Assembly (NCBI RefSeq): GCF_023055435.1
Contig: NW_025964334.1
Location: 21,080,001 to 21,144,000, forward strand
DNA length: 64,000 nt
Direction of reading: 5' to 3'
Source: Haliotis rufescens
Taxonomy: Eukaryota
This document shows positions 50,717 through 64,000 of the stretch, piece by piece. Both the position numbers and the translations under genes were made by a program. The notes beneath the pieces were generated by a model that was given only the letters and a program-made list of their open reading frames with translations, was not told the DNA's origin and did not search any database. The first letter of the stretch is position 1. Each line of letters opens with the position of its first letter.

Positions 50717-52322
50717 CTTCAGTAGACCCGGGTTCGATTCCCACATGGACCATGTGAGAAGTCCGTTAATTGGTACCAGCTCTACTGATTTACCAGTGTT
50801 GCCTAGTGAGTTTGGTTTTACGCTGTTTTTCACTGAATACGTACGTACGTATTGCGGTTATACCCCGTCATGCTAGCTTAATGATGGGGACAAGGCCGTA
50901 GACACTTGCCACTTTGGTGAAACACGCGAGCACTGGTATGGTGCTGGCAAACCATGAATCTGGGATCCGAACCCACGAACAGCTAGTGGCTCCTAATTAG
51001 CTGGCGCACCTTAGAACATATAGGTTCTTAAAATAGACACTTGAACATGATTTTCAGATCGTAGCTTGAAGTTTTAAATTTGATAGTTGCTTAGCGATAA
51101 TTTTAACGTTTATTTGACACATCGAATATCGTTTTATCATGTATATGCGCCATGCTGTTTTCTCATTACTTCACTGGGGCGTGTTTACGTAAGATAACGA
51201 GTACACTCAAAATAGGCGACATATATATCTGTATATTGTTGTTTATTTTGGTCTGTAAAACATTCTCTAAAAAATAACCAAATCAAGCCCTTACGTATTA
51301 CTTAAACCTAACATATATGCCTCTCATTGTGGGGCAAAAAACAAGAGTGTGTACTTTTCTTGCAGGCACGTCTCCAAAGATTACAGCTCATTATATTAAT
51401 TTTATTTAAAAAAAATGAGCACCTGTATATGTTGGAGAAAATAAAAACATAACTGACCTCCTATTTAAACATGCTGATCCAGAACCTACCCCAACCCCCG
51501 CCCCACATCCCTATATGTTTTCCAATGCACAGTATATTTTATACTTAAACTAACCTAATTCAAAAATGAAGAACTATATCAACTGATTCCTCGCAACCGT
51601 GCATGCATATAAATGGTTCAGTTCACATAGAAGAGAAGTGTTCAGCTGCCTTTTATCTTTAATCAGCCAGCATTTTTAAAAGATCTAGCTTGCCTATAGC
51701 TAGATCTACGTGAAATTTGCAAAGACGCGTTTCTTGTAAATAAACTTATAATGGAACAACGTGCGGTAACCAGGAGGCTAATGAGGGTATATATCGTAGT
51801 CTGGCATTAGACTTGTTGATTGACTGTTTCTATAAATATCCCTGGTTCCAGTATCCGAGATATTTCATTTGACGTCACACAGTCTTGTTGTGGGAAATTT
51901 GTGAGCAGAAAATGATGATTTCTATGACATACTAGTTTCGTCACAACTTAATACTGTATCCATTAATAATTTCTACACTTGGTAATTAGTGTATGTCACA
52001 TTTAAAATGCTATTATTTTATGACTCTTGTGTATCCATATGTATATCAGTTACGGAAACTATATCTGAATTTGGGAATGTATTCGTCACTGAAACAACAT
52101 GTAAATACAGCAGTGTGAAATAGTCGTGTGGTAACTAGTCTCAATAATGCCAATGACCAATAACAGAATTGATCAGAAAAAATAGACAGCTTATTATGGG
52201 TTTCTAGCAAACGTTATTGGCAATCTATCGTCGACTGATCTATTTTCAGATCTGTAGGTAATTTTATTTTGTATATAACAACGGATTTCGTGTGCTCTGC
52301 CCCATTAAACGGAGCGGCAGTC

Positions 52323-55300
52323 ATGTTGAGCGAAGACAGTTTGCGAACCATCCAGTCCGGTTCTGAAGCAGATCTTACCAAAGTGCTTGAAGCATTTAAT
52401 TCAGAGGTGAGTTTCATGAAGAATTTTTATAGTGTTAGTCCGTGTACTCCTGTTTTTGTAGCGATATCTATATTAGCGACCGCGCCCAGCTCTTTTGTGC
52501 AATTCTGACATGCGATTTTAAGGATTTCTGTTGCAGTGCTTGCAGGTGTCGACCCTAATTGGTTTCCCATGAAATGTTATCCTATCTTTGACAGTTGCTC
52601 CTTCATGTTGATCCAGAGTTCAACACATACATAGCACACCAACTGTCTTTGTGTATGTGTAAACGAAGTTTAATCCGGTGTATTACTTTGATCTATCGAT
52701 CTTATTTGTTACCAGCTAGATCTAGCATAGTTCTTACATGGTAATTTTTTGTTATATTCTGAATTCTTTTTCATCTTGGGTGATTGATGCTGACAAAATT
52801 AGAGGTTACAAGTGTTGTGAATGTACATACACATATATTCGCATAATATCAGTGTCAAATGTTTTTGGCATTTCAGTTGTTTGTTTTTTTACCCAATGAT
52901 ATCAGATCGGAGGTATGTTATCAGGGTTATATATTGCTGTTCATGTTGTCGTCCACACAGGTGCTACAGACATGTACCCAAGGCAGCTTTCAGTATGCAC
53001 AAAAGTACCCTAGCATGGCAAAATATGAAAGGGACGCTCTATTATCACAAAGCACAAAACCAGGTTCGGTTGTGCTGTAACGTAAACTCAGTTGCCTTAT
53101 GGTGCAATTATGCTGTTCACCATAATACCCTTTAATTCTGACTTTAGCGCCATTAAAATTGCCATGCTAGGGTAAATTTGTGTATACAGAAAGAAACATG
53201 GGGTACATTTGTTTAAGGAGAATTGTTTCTAAAAAAGGCCTGTGTCGTATTTAAATACACAATAGACTGGAACCAAAGTAAAAATATATGGAATACCCAA
53301 GGAAAACTATTGAAAGATTGTTATTGAATAATCTTGTACATATTGTTTCTGATATGTTTGTAATTAATTGTATGAGCATATGATGATGGCTGTGTTTATC
53401 TCCTTTCAGAATGCCCAGACATTCAGCTTCCCTAATGTAACAACTGACTTCAAACAGGTGAGCCACACTGATATATAATGATAGCCCCTGGGAAAGAATG
53501 GGTCATTTAATCTACTGTACCCTACTCCAAGCTTGATGGCTGTTTAATTTGGAAATACATGTCTGTCTCTGTCACTCGCTTTTGAACGAAGTAATCATAA
53601 TAGGATAGACTAGAAGATTCAACTTTAGAATTACGTGGATTTATTTGCAGAAATGCGTGCAGACAATCACAGGTCGCCTGAAGGGGGCACTGTCGTCCAA
53701 GTGTCAGATTCTGTGCCTGCAGGCTCTTAGGATCTACAGTCGTGAGAAGGAAAGGATGGAGGTACTGACGTCGGATGAAACCCTGGAGCTCCTGGTCAAG
53801 CTGTCCGGGCTGCAGTACTACGCAGAAGAGGAAGGGGAGGGTGTCACTATCCAAGATGGAGACCAAGATGGTGAGAACCACATATTTTGTGATCATGTAA
53901 ACGTTCATCCTGACAATTAAGACACAATATAAAGTTGAACCTTGTTGCGTTGAACTTGTGGGGACCAGGAGTTATCCGGGCTTCGAGGCAACTCTGGATT
54001 TTAAGGCATACATGCAGCCCAGACTATTGACAGTCAACTCAGGCGAAGCATCAATGACACTGTCACTGTTTGGATCAGCGTCGTTGTATGAGTCGATTGT
54101 CGAATAATAAATTCCCTAACATAATCTTAATCTGTTTGAAAGTTTGCAACTGTGGGTGTGTGGACGTTATTTTTTATTTTGAACTGTTTGAGTCATCTGG
54201 GGAATTTTATGCATAATTTGGATACTTGAGACTCCCAAATGAGTTCAAGACAACCGGCACTTTGCCACATCCAGTTCAACAGATCCGAGTATAAATGATG
54301 ATAAATATATAAAGGAGTTGTGATGTTAGAAGGTAAGTTTCAGACACCTGGGAATTTAACACATCCACTTTCTACACGAAGTTCAAGTGTATGTTGTTTT
54401 GCAGATCTTTTATCACGATAAGGAGGTCCTCTTAATTTCATGTCTGTAGACAACTTGGTGGACTAATTGGGGATTGTTTGTTCACAATGTCTGGCGAGTA
54501 TGAATTGACCCGTGAAGATGTGGGTTTGAAATGGTCTTCAGCAACCTGTGCACGTCGTAACAGGTGACTAACAGGATCGGGTAGTTAGGCTTGCCGAATT
54601 GGTTGATGCATGTCATCTTATCCCAATTGTGTAAATCGATGCTCATGATGTCAATCACTGGATTGTCTGGTCCAGAATTGTTTATTTACAGATCACGGTC
54701 ATACAGCTGGAATATTGCTGCGTGTGGCGTTAAACAACAAACAAACAAACAAATTGGTTTGAATTGACCTTAGGTATGATAGGAAATCATAAGGGGACCA
54801 ACTTCATTGTAACCAGACTCATTGTGTTGGGCAAAGTTCATTAATTTGAAAGTGTTTTCATATGTATGTGTAAAACATTGAACATGTTGAACATGTTGAA
54901 AGCAATCAGACGTTTATATTTTATTTTCAGTGATGGTTGAAAGCCAGAAATGCCTGTGCAATCTCATCTTCAACAGTACAGTTGCTCAAAGATACTGCAG
55001 GTGAGTCATCTTCCTAACATGTACTTTGATTGGCCACTGCTTTGTTCTCAGCTCAACTCTGTAGACGCGTGATTGGTTGACTGATGATAATAACTATTTA
55101 TTGTTTCAGTGAAAAGGGATGCATCGTTGGCTTGGTGCAGAGATTGAAAACATACGGTGACCCTGACCTCAACTATGAGATAAAGGTATTTCCTCTTGAG
55201 TGACCTGATATATTTTAGTTTTACAGCATATTATCAGTTGTAGCATCATCACAAGGGGCACATGGGGTTTTGTGCGTCCCTCGTTAGGTTTTATGCCACT

Positions 55301-58300
55301 CGCCTCAGTCTCGTGGTATAAGACCTGACCCTAGTGATCATGCTACAACTATTAACATGCGGGGTATAACATATTTATTCGCCTCCTGAGAAATTTATTT
55401 CCCTCCAAGGTGGGATACATAATATCTTTTATCAGGATCACGTGGACCAATCAGATCTCATCACTCTCACATGGAGGTATGATAATAATTCTTTGTAATA
55501 TTTTACCTGCTATGTTGACTATAAAGCGTGTATATAGAGGTTCTCATGCAAGTGTGTTTTGGGATAGTAAATAATAGGGATTTACCTGGATCTACATATT
55601 TGGAGTCCAGGGGACCAATTTTAGGGTTCCAAGACATGACTATTATGGTCCAAGGCTGGTAACCTGTGGCATGCTTCATTTGATTTCCAAGAACTTTATC
55701 ATTGCACATAGTCATAAACGTGTCATAGATGTCAGATTAATTGATGAAAGTCACCTGTTGACACCCTAAACATGTCCTCTATGATAATATTAATAAAGTT
55801 AATGATTCAAACAGCCATATGTTTTTGTGTCCCACAGGACTCGGTATAAATTGTTTCAGTCTAATCTCAATTTGTATGCGATAAGACATTGAAGGTCCTG
55901 TGTTAGGAAGAAATATTGTAACCACTGAGCCTAGCGTCCTGACTAAATGGCTTCACAATTTCTGTCTCCAGCGTTTCCTACGTATTGGAGAAATGCCTCG
56001 AATCTGTTAATTCTGGAAGGGAAGCAGAGAGAATTGATTTTACTTCCAGAATCAACAGATTTGAGTGATTTCTCCGACTTTAGATATTGTATGCCATGTC
56101 ACAGTTGATATATACTTTACTGTAAATCTTGAAATTAACTCATGCATGAATTAAATGCGAAAAATGCGAGTGGTCTTTGGTTGCATTAACTAAACTTTGC
56201 ATTTATGTCTCCAAAATGACTATCAACAATGAGACGGCCTCATGGCACACTTTTGATAGCGGAAATACCAACTTGAATATTAACACAAACAACCATATAT
56301 TCAGGGGCTATTTGCTGTTTGATTGGATTAAGGTAAGGTTGGATTAAGGTAAGGATATATATCATTCCACTGGGTATGGTGGGTTGGGTGTCAGGGGGAG
56401 GAGTGTCACATTAATAATGAGCCACATTTTTGGGTAGGGGTCAGCAGTCCTATTAATTTGGAGATGCATTAATTTCAAGATTTACAGTAATTTCTCTATG
56501 AATTTGCATAATGACCTACAGTTGTGTCCGTTTTGCTTGTATTTAATTCTGAATGGCAGTGATCTTCTGAGAATCAACAACAACAACAATAGTGTGACGT
56601 CATCATGATGGTTCAGTGTTGTAAAAGGCCTCACCTACGTCCTGTTACTTAATGATTCCTGTTGGTAACCAAGGCAACTGGTTTTCTGAGTATGTCTGAC
56701 CGCCTCCCTGGTCTAGTGGTAGAGCGTCCGCCCGGAGAGCGGAAGGTCCGGAGTTTGATCCCCTGCCGCGTCATACCAAAAGATGCTATAAGATGGTACT
56801 TGTTGTTACCCTGTCTGGCGCTCGGCATTAAGGTGCTTAAGCAAGGACTGGTCGGCTCGGAGTCAGTATACTGTGTGTGAGTGGGGTATTCATGTTAAAC
56901 TGTGGCATGATATCTCAGTGTGCTAGCACTATAAATTGGCATCAGTCCGGACTAGTACAAGCAGCTACACACATACACACACACACATGTCGCTATATAA
57001 GTGCAATAATCTTGGACGCGACGTTAAACCCAATTTCACCTCTGAGTATGTCCACATTTTACATCAATGTATTTTTCTGTTGCAGTTCTTTGACATGAGA
57101 ATGTTGTTTCTCTTGACTGCCTTGCCAACATGTATTCAGACCAGGTACTTGATCTTTACATAGACACCTGATTGTTTTGTGTTCCTTATGCAGTGTTCGA
57201 AATTAAGCATGAAAATCAAGGGATTCTTGTCCTAACTCTAATGGTAGTTTAAGGGATCCCTGTTTCAATACTAAAGCAGAAAACCTCATGGCACTGAGGG
57301 ACCCCTATTTTTCCAACACTGATTTGAAACCTAAGACATGGGTAAGAGAAGTTTGAATATTTTGTACATATCTTTGTAAATATACTATACCAGTCTTTGA
57401 AAGGCATTTTGAAGTGGAACACATAAGGAAGAGAATTTATTGAGATATTGTCGATGTTCTTCAGTATAAAGAAGTATACATCCATACATTCTCTTCACTA
57501 TACCAGTGTTTGAAATTATGCATGAGTCAAAGGGCTCTTGTCATAGCCCTAATGTTAAAAAGTAAAGCGTTAATGGTATAGCGTTAACACCCTAGGACCC
57601 CTTAACTTCGAACACTGCTATACTAAAAAATACTATTGGTATGTAATTCTATATGATGGTAATAACAACCATTTTAGGTTTTCGTTCTATATTATCTTCA
57701 GATTTGAATTGCTTTTGTAAGAAGTCATTTAGTTGGTAACTAAGATGGAAAACTGTACCGGCTATGTTCACTTGACTGTCTTCTGTGACGTCCAAGACCT
57801 GCATCACTTCAGGCTTTCCTCCCACATTAAGCTGACACGCCACGATATAACTGGAATACTGTTAAAAGCGGCGTTAAACCCAACTCACTCACTCACTCAC
57901 TCACTGTCTTCTGTGACTTGTTTGCTCCTAAGCATATTGACAACTGGTAACATTTGCCTTCATGATAGAAGGGGGGCGGTCGGGTTGCCTAGTGGTTAAA
58001 GCGTTCGCTCGTCACGCCGAAGACCTGGGTTCGATTCCCGACATGGGTACAATGTGTGAAGCCCATTTCTGGTGTCCCCCGCCGTGATATTGCTGGAATA
58101 TTGCTAAAAGCGGCGTAAAACCAAACTTACTCACTCACTCATGATAGAAGGGTTATTGAACTAGAGTTATAGGTCAGTGGCTAAACCTAGAAAGTATTGC
58201 TGTTATAGTTCTTTAATACAGTTGCTGAACACTGCCCTGTTTGTATTGCATCCAAGGAGTGTTACTTTGTTACTATACCATGTGACCGCCTCTTGGTCTA

Positions 58301-58904
58301 GTGGATAGAGCGTCTACCCAGAGATTGGAAGGTTGGTGGTTCAATCCTTGGCCGCATTATACCGAACAACATTAAAAGATGGTAATTGTTGTTACCCTGC
58401 CTGGAGCTCGGCATTAGGGGGATAACTCAAGGAGTGGTCTTTTTGGAGTCAGTATACAGTTTGTGAGTGGGTTATCCATCTTAAACTGTGGCATGATACT
58501 TTAGTTGATTAGTGCCATAAAACTGGAATTCCGGACTCGTACAATCAGACACCCACACTCATGCATATCACTAAGTTCAAATATCTTTTTTTTTTCAATT
58601 TTTTTTTTCAATCATTTTACATTTATTTGATAAATGTGACATTCAATATCAAATATCTTGAACGTGACATTAAACCCCATTTCACCTCACCTTTATTGTA
58701 CCATGTCTGTGACTATCCTTCAGACCAAAGATCCGGTATGAACTTCATGGCTTCACGTATCTGATGGAGGTGCTGGACCTCACACTGCGAGCTGCGGAGG
58801 AGAAGAGGACAGGGCTTGGTGACCAGGATGTCGACCTGTGTAGCGAAATCCTCAAGATCCTCTTCAACCTCACGGTGGCTGTTGAGAAGAAGTCTGCAGA
58901 TGAG
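52323..58904 (+). CDS. RIC8A: Synembryn / RIC8 guanine-nucleotide exchange factor, first 7 coding exons (3' partial)
   Basis: Exons 52323-52406, 53410-53457, 53651-53870, 54931-55000, 55110-55185, 57086-57144, 58724-58904, phases consistent; motifs CLQALRIYSRE, ESQKCLCNLIFNS, FFDMRMLFLLTAL, SEILKILFNLT. The A/B paralogue distinction is not meaningful in invertebrates. Confidence 0.93.
52969..53215. mobile_element. MITE with about 55-bp imperfect TIRs
   Basis: ATGTACCC...TACCCTAGCATGGCAA versus TTGCCATGCTAGGGTA...GGGTACAT. Confidence 0.65.
54507..54752 (+). mobile_element. SINE-like family B copy
   Basis: GACCCGTGAAGAT head, (AAAC)n tail. Confidence 0.85.
56698..57043 (+). mobile_element. 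SINE family C
   Basis: Full-length; TSD about TCTGAGTATGTC. Confidence 0.85.
57790..57903 (+). mobile_element. 5'-truncated SINE family D
   Basis: TSD ACTGTCTTCTGTGAC. Confidence 0.75.
57971..58140 (+). mobile_element. SINE family A, full length
   Basis: TSD CATGATAGAAGGG; A/B boxes. Confidence 0.9.
58284..58690 (+). mobile_element. SINE family C, degenerate
   Basis: Homologous to 48096-48447. Confidence 0.75.
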
Positions 58905-61662
58905 GTGAGTCTAGAAAAAGGTGGGGTGGTGGGTTGGCTAAGTGATTGAGGAACTGACTTGTCAAGCTGAAGGCCTGAGGTCCATTCCATTACCCACATG
59001 GGTACAATGTGTGAAGCCTATTGCTAGTGACCCCTCCAGTGATGTGGTTGAATATTGTTAAACTCCCTGACTCATTTACTCGCCAGACAGAAGCTGAGTC
59101 ATGTCATGGCTGACTCGTTGGTTTATATAAAAGTTGAGATACATACAGCTTGGTTGTTTAATGCCTCACTCAGCAGTATTCCAGCTATATGACGTCAGTC
59201 TGTGAATAATCGAGTCTGGACGAGACAATCCAGTGATTGACACCATGATCATCGATCCACGCAATTGGGATACGATGACATGCTGTTCACACAAGGCATT
59301 GACTTTCAAGGCCTGCATCGTGAAGGCTGGGATTTTTATTGATCAATGCAAGATCATCTTTGAGACACTAACAGCCTTTTACAAATTCTGCAATAGGGGA
59401 GATAATGGATTAAGGGGAGATAATTCTTAAACAGTTTCCATTCATACTGAAGTTTTGACAAATAGCATTTGCAAGCCTCCAAGGGTTGTTATGCCTCTAA
59501 AATAATTATTTGGATAGTTTTTGTTGAGAAAGTCTCACTGTTTTTTTAGTTTCATAGGAAAACTGAGCTCACTTCTTTGAAGGTCCAATTTATTAAGATT
59601 TTAGACTATCAGTTTGCTGTTCTAGGGAAAATTAATCATGTGGATTGATATAATGTACAATAATGAAACAGTATTAGTATTATTTTGACATGTTAGAAGC
59701 TTCATTAAAGTTAAAGTCAAACTGACATACAGTTATTTTGATAAAACTTGCATCAGTAGTAATGTGTAAACTATGTACTGCAACACACAACTCCGTGGTC
59801 TAGTGGATAGATCATCTGTCCTGAGAGCAGAAGTTTGGTGGTTCAATCCTTGGACATGTCATACCAAAAGACGTTTACCCAATGAAAAATGTAATAACCC
59901 AATTTAGAGAGAAATCTTCGAGTAAAAACTCAATTGCTAAAAAAGTTAAGTGTATTGAGTCCAAGATAATTCATTTTTTATATTTTTTATTGACCTTCCT
60001 ACTCCTTGTGATAACATCTACAATGCAATTGCTACAATTGAAGAGAATTGAAACAGAACGAGATCAACGCCCTGCCTGCAAAGATTGCAGACATATTTTC
60101 TCCACTGCTGATCCACATGATCTGTTGCCTTCCAGACCACAAGTGTTCCCATCATTCCCACCTCTCAGAGGAAGTCTTTCTATATCTAGGCTAGTGTCAT
60201 TGACCAACGATCTAAATCTTGGGATGTTGAGCATGGGCCTTCCTCCATGAGGAAGCCTAAACGCGTCACCATACTGGCTGTCCCCTCCACTGTAACAGCC
60301 CTGAAACCACTTGCGTCTAACATCACTTCCCTGTTGGTTGAGGACAGTGGCGTGTCTGACAGTGTTCTTTATGATGACGTTCCTGCCAAAACAAACCAGC
60401 CATCAGTCCTCAGTTCATCTGCAACCACGTCTACACTGCAACAATCTATCTCATCGGACGTTTGCACAGTCATGTTGAAGGACAGCTTGACTACGTCAGC
60501 CTTGACAGTCCATACAGTCAACCCTTCTTGCATTTCATGGACATCAGCAGAATCATCCCCAGCTCCTCAACGTGATGTCCATGGATTGATCGACTAAGTT
60601 CGCCTTCTACTTCTACTAAAGAGCCACAGAGCAGAGATCCAATTTGCTCTGACAAGGATCGCCGTGCTTCCTCTAAGAGCCATCGCTTGAATGATCAATG
60701 ATCTTGTGATATCTCTTCTAAAGGTTGACATTTAAAGCATCGACTTTCGGGTTGTAAAGGCCGATGTTCCGGGGACTGACGCTCTGGTTCAACAGGTTGA
60801 CGTTCCAGATGTCAAGGCTCTTTTCCAATGGACACTCATCTGGATAGACACTCGGACAGTCGATCCACATCACGGTCTACGTTTCCGGCTTCACACCACC
60901 TAAGACCCTGGCTGTGGCAGCTCCTGCTACAGAGGCTCTTCCATCTGCCTACCTCATGGAACCATCATGACCAGACCAGTGTTTCGACACCTGACTGAGT
61001 TGCTCCTACAGACCACAACTTCTGCTCTACAGCATCATACTGGTCCGCCCTTGATACCTCCTCGGGACACTAAGACTCTCTCGTCGGCCATTGAACAGGT
61101 AGATCAGGTCGGCGTGAAGCTCAGGATGATCTCCAATATCAGCTGCATTCTTGCAAGACATCTACTTCGATTGATCAAGACCACATTGTCAATCTCAACC
61201 TGCAGGACGCGTACCTACACATACCCATCCACCAGGAGCACCGCCATTTCCTCTGGTTCATTTTCCAAGGCCACAACTACCAAATCTGTCCCCATGGATT
61301 TTTACCCATATTACCAAGCCAATCACAAAGTTCCTGCACACCCAAAGAATCTTCCTTGAAGCGTACATCCTCATGCGTCATCTAGAACTTACACAGCAGC
61401 GTCTCCATCAGCTTGGCTGATACGACTTTCCCTCAACCGACCTTCTACCTTGAGTCATTCCCAAGGTGATGTCCGCCAACCAACTTTGACTTCTGTCATC
61501 TCACCCTATTGATCAGCTCGAATTTGCTTCTCAGCATTGGTAATAATTCCACCATCTTCCTATGCAGGATGAACTTCTCCACCTCACTCCCGCCTCCTGT
61601 AGTTGTCGCTTGGAACCCTACATCTATCACTGAGGCGCATTATACTTCCACCAATATCTTGG

Positions 61663-61930
61663 CACCCGTGAAGATCGTGGATAGAATAAGTCTTCAGCAA
61701 CCCATGCTTGCAGTAAAAGGCGACTAAGTTTGTCGTAAGAGGCAACTAACGGGATCGGGTGGTCAGGCTCGCTGACTTGGTTGATGCATGTCATCGATCC
61801 CAATTGAGTGATCGATTATCATGATATCAATCACTGGATTGTCTGGTCCAGACTCGATTATTTACAGACCGCCGTCACATAGCTGGAATATTGCTGAGTG
61901 CGGCGTAAAACAACATACCAACCAACCAAC
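61663..61930 (+). mobile_element. SINE-like family B inserted in the DIRS relic
   Basis: TSD ACCAATATCTTGG/ACCAAGATCTTGG. Confidence 0.85.
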
Positions 61931-62524
61931 CAAGATCTTGGATCGACTCGGAACTCAAGGGCTCCACTTATGCTTCTTACCTTGCGCAAACAACTCTGTC
62001 ATTACCACTATAACCGTATCTAAGATCTCCACGGTTGCTGAGCTACAGTCCCTCATTCAGTCCTACAAGTTGGTGGACCACTTGTCTTGATTTCAACCAC
62101 CCACTTGGGACCTATTCACAGCATCCTTCGTCATCTGACTTTGGCAGAGAATGGACCACTTGATGAGAAGGACTTTGAGTTGTTCACCCTTTAACAGCTG
62201 CTACATCGAGTGAGATCCACGTTCTCAGTGGGATATCTGGGATAACCAGATCGTCCATCCTCAACACAGATGACCTAATGCCAGATGACCTTCAAGCTCT
62301 CCACATCTAGCGGCGGTACAGCCACTTCGGCGTGGATGTAAGAGACTCTTCATCCCACTTTCTACAGTGGCCACAACGGAAGTTTCCCATACCACAGTCT
62401 CCTTTTGGCTCCATTCGACTACCCTTCAAGCTTACACCTTGCTGGATTGCCTCCTGTGACATCCAATCCACATGAGACTAGAGCCCTCACTTCTACCCTG
62501 GCCTTGCACAGCAATTGCCCCCAG

Positions 62525-62785
62525 TTGTTGTTACCCTGTCTGGCGCTCGGCATTAAGTGGCTAAAACAGGACTGGTCGGCTCGGAGTCAGTATACTGTGA
62601 CTGAGTGGGGTATTCATGTTAAACTGCGGCATGGTATCTCAGTGTGCTAGTACTATAAATCGGCATCAGTCCGGACTAGTACAAGCAGCCACACACACAC
62701 ATATACACGTGCATGCACGTAGCTATATAAGTGCAGTAATCTTGGACGCAACGTTAAACCCCTTTTCACCTCACCTCACCTCACC
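62525..62785 (+). mobile_element. 5'-truncated SINE family C inserted in the DIRS relic
   Basis: Family C core and (CACCT)n tail. Confidence 0.8.
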
Positions 62786-64000
62786 AGTTGGATCCCTTGG
62801 TGCTGGCGTAACAGCTGACGACTGCCCATCAATGCAGATAGATGATACCGTACCAGCACCTGGTCGCCAGTACTTTGTATCCTGTATTTACAGAATAAAT
62901 ATTGGAATCGGCACTCCTTTGTTTATAGTCATCATTATTCTGGTTCCCAGACTGAGTATCCAGTAGTGGTTGATTGACCTTGTCTATAGAGACTCTGGTC
63001 TACAACATAGATGTCGCCACAAGGCAAAGCCGTTTCGACGGTGTCCTAAACCTTTACCTGCCCACCTCTGCTTTAGGTCTCTGCTTTAGGTACATGCTTC
63101 CATAATGTTTTGAAGATCCTCTTGTGGATGATGTCAATCTTCCCTCTTCTCGTCTTAGCATGCTTCAATCCCACGGGCATGATCGATAGCTTTGACAAAG
63201 TTCTAAAAGAGATGCCAAGCTGGCTCTCCTGTCTGTTGGAAATAGAGATGTGGTTCTATTGTAGAACTGATTGGCTGGAGACCCCTTCCAGATTGGTTAT
63301 AAGTAGCAAGCTGAATAGATCTCTTCATAGCATCGCGATCTATCTTGTATCAATGACCTAGGTGAAAACATGTGACACATGTTATACCTGTTCTCATATT
63401 ACGTCCTACTAGTGTAAATGGGTTACATCGCCTACTATGGCCACTCAAAAGTTCTTGTCTTTACGAAATGCGACAGTATTATGACTTGTTTGTGTCACTG
63501 TTTAGCACCACTGTACCCCGTGTACTTCTCATGGTTGTAGATTACTTAGGCCAGGGTATCTGTCCAACCGTGGGATAAATGCATGGTGTGAGACAGGATT
63601 ATGTATGACCATCCCTGCATCACAGCTCCTCTAGCTTGTCAGATCTAAGAAAGGGAATGAAGTGGCAGAGATAGCCATGTGTTTAGGTCAGGACAGGTTT
63701 ATAGTGTCCCATTTGTATGGGTAGTGACCATGGTGATACTGGGATGTGTTCGCGTGAATTATTTTTTTGAAGCTGAAAACTTTTGTTCAAGCATGTTTCC
63801 ATGTTGGTTTGAAAGAAGGAGAAATGCATAGTGTGAGATAGGATCAGTATTATCAATGTACAATTTAATGTAAAATTTACAAACTGTTCAATAATCAGCA
63901 TACTTAGATTTCTAGTATTTCCCGCTTGGCAATAAATAGCGTAACATTCACACTGCCCTCCAGCCTATATGGTAACTGCCCTGCAATTTCCTATCTTCAA

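Larger units (their letters stand above)
59900..62850 (+). mobile_element. Decayed DIRS-like (tyrosine recombinase) retrotransposon in a RIC8 intron
   Basis: Gag-like ACKDCRHIFSTADPHDL (about 60075); RT-like IVNLNLQDAYLHIPIHQEHR (about 61185); YR-like SNPHETRALTSTLA (about 62462); many stops and frameshifts; boundaries approximate. Confidence 0.65.

Noticed and set aside
57191-57617. Single hAT element with CAGTGTTCGAA TIRs
   Set aside because: No matching 8-bp TSD; more likely two separate short degenerate MITEs
57971-58045. tRNA genes (A/B boxes here and at 2937, 45748, 48096 and 49452)
   Set aside because: They are heads of SINEs with shared tails and TSDs, not stand-alone cloverleaves

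Overview
AT-rich animal genomic DNA with spliceosomal introns and abundant SINEs and MITEs. The repeat families suggest a mollusc, probably a gastropod such as abalone (inference). Three genes were reconstructed by hand from GT-AG junctions with consistent phases. ELP4 (minus, 10 coding exons, 1984-13636) lies head-to-head with FBXO47 (plus, 9 coding exons, 15437-22834). The 5' seven exons of RIC8/synembryn are on plus (52323-58904, continuing past the window), with a decayed DIRS-type retroelement in the following intron. The most striking structure is a head-to-tail array of six 3491-bp units (about 24924-45873). Each unit contains a 511-bp AcademH-like non-autonomous transposon and an intron-containing two-domain GNAT acetyltransferase gene. 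Every internal junction falls at the transposon's left end, cutting into a SINE. Only copy 6 has an intact predicted 5' exon and acceptor, and it looks chimeric. In ELP4, three splice sites have been duplicated by minisatellites or a SINE target-site duplication (TSD), creating decoy donors and acceptors and candidate 30-nt micro-exons. Two 27-36 bp palindromes with 7-bp TSDs look like P-element excision footprints. All family and gene assignments come from recalled motifs; no database search was run.
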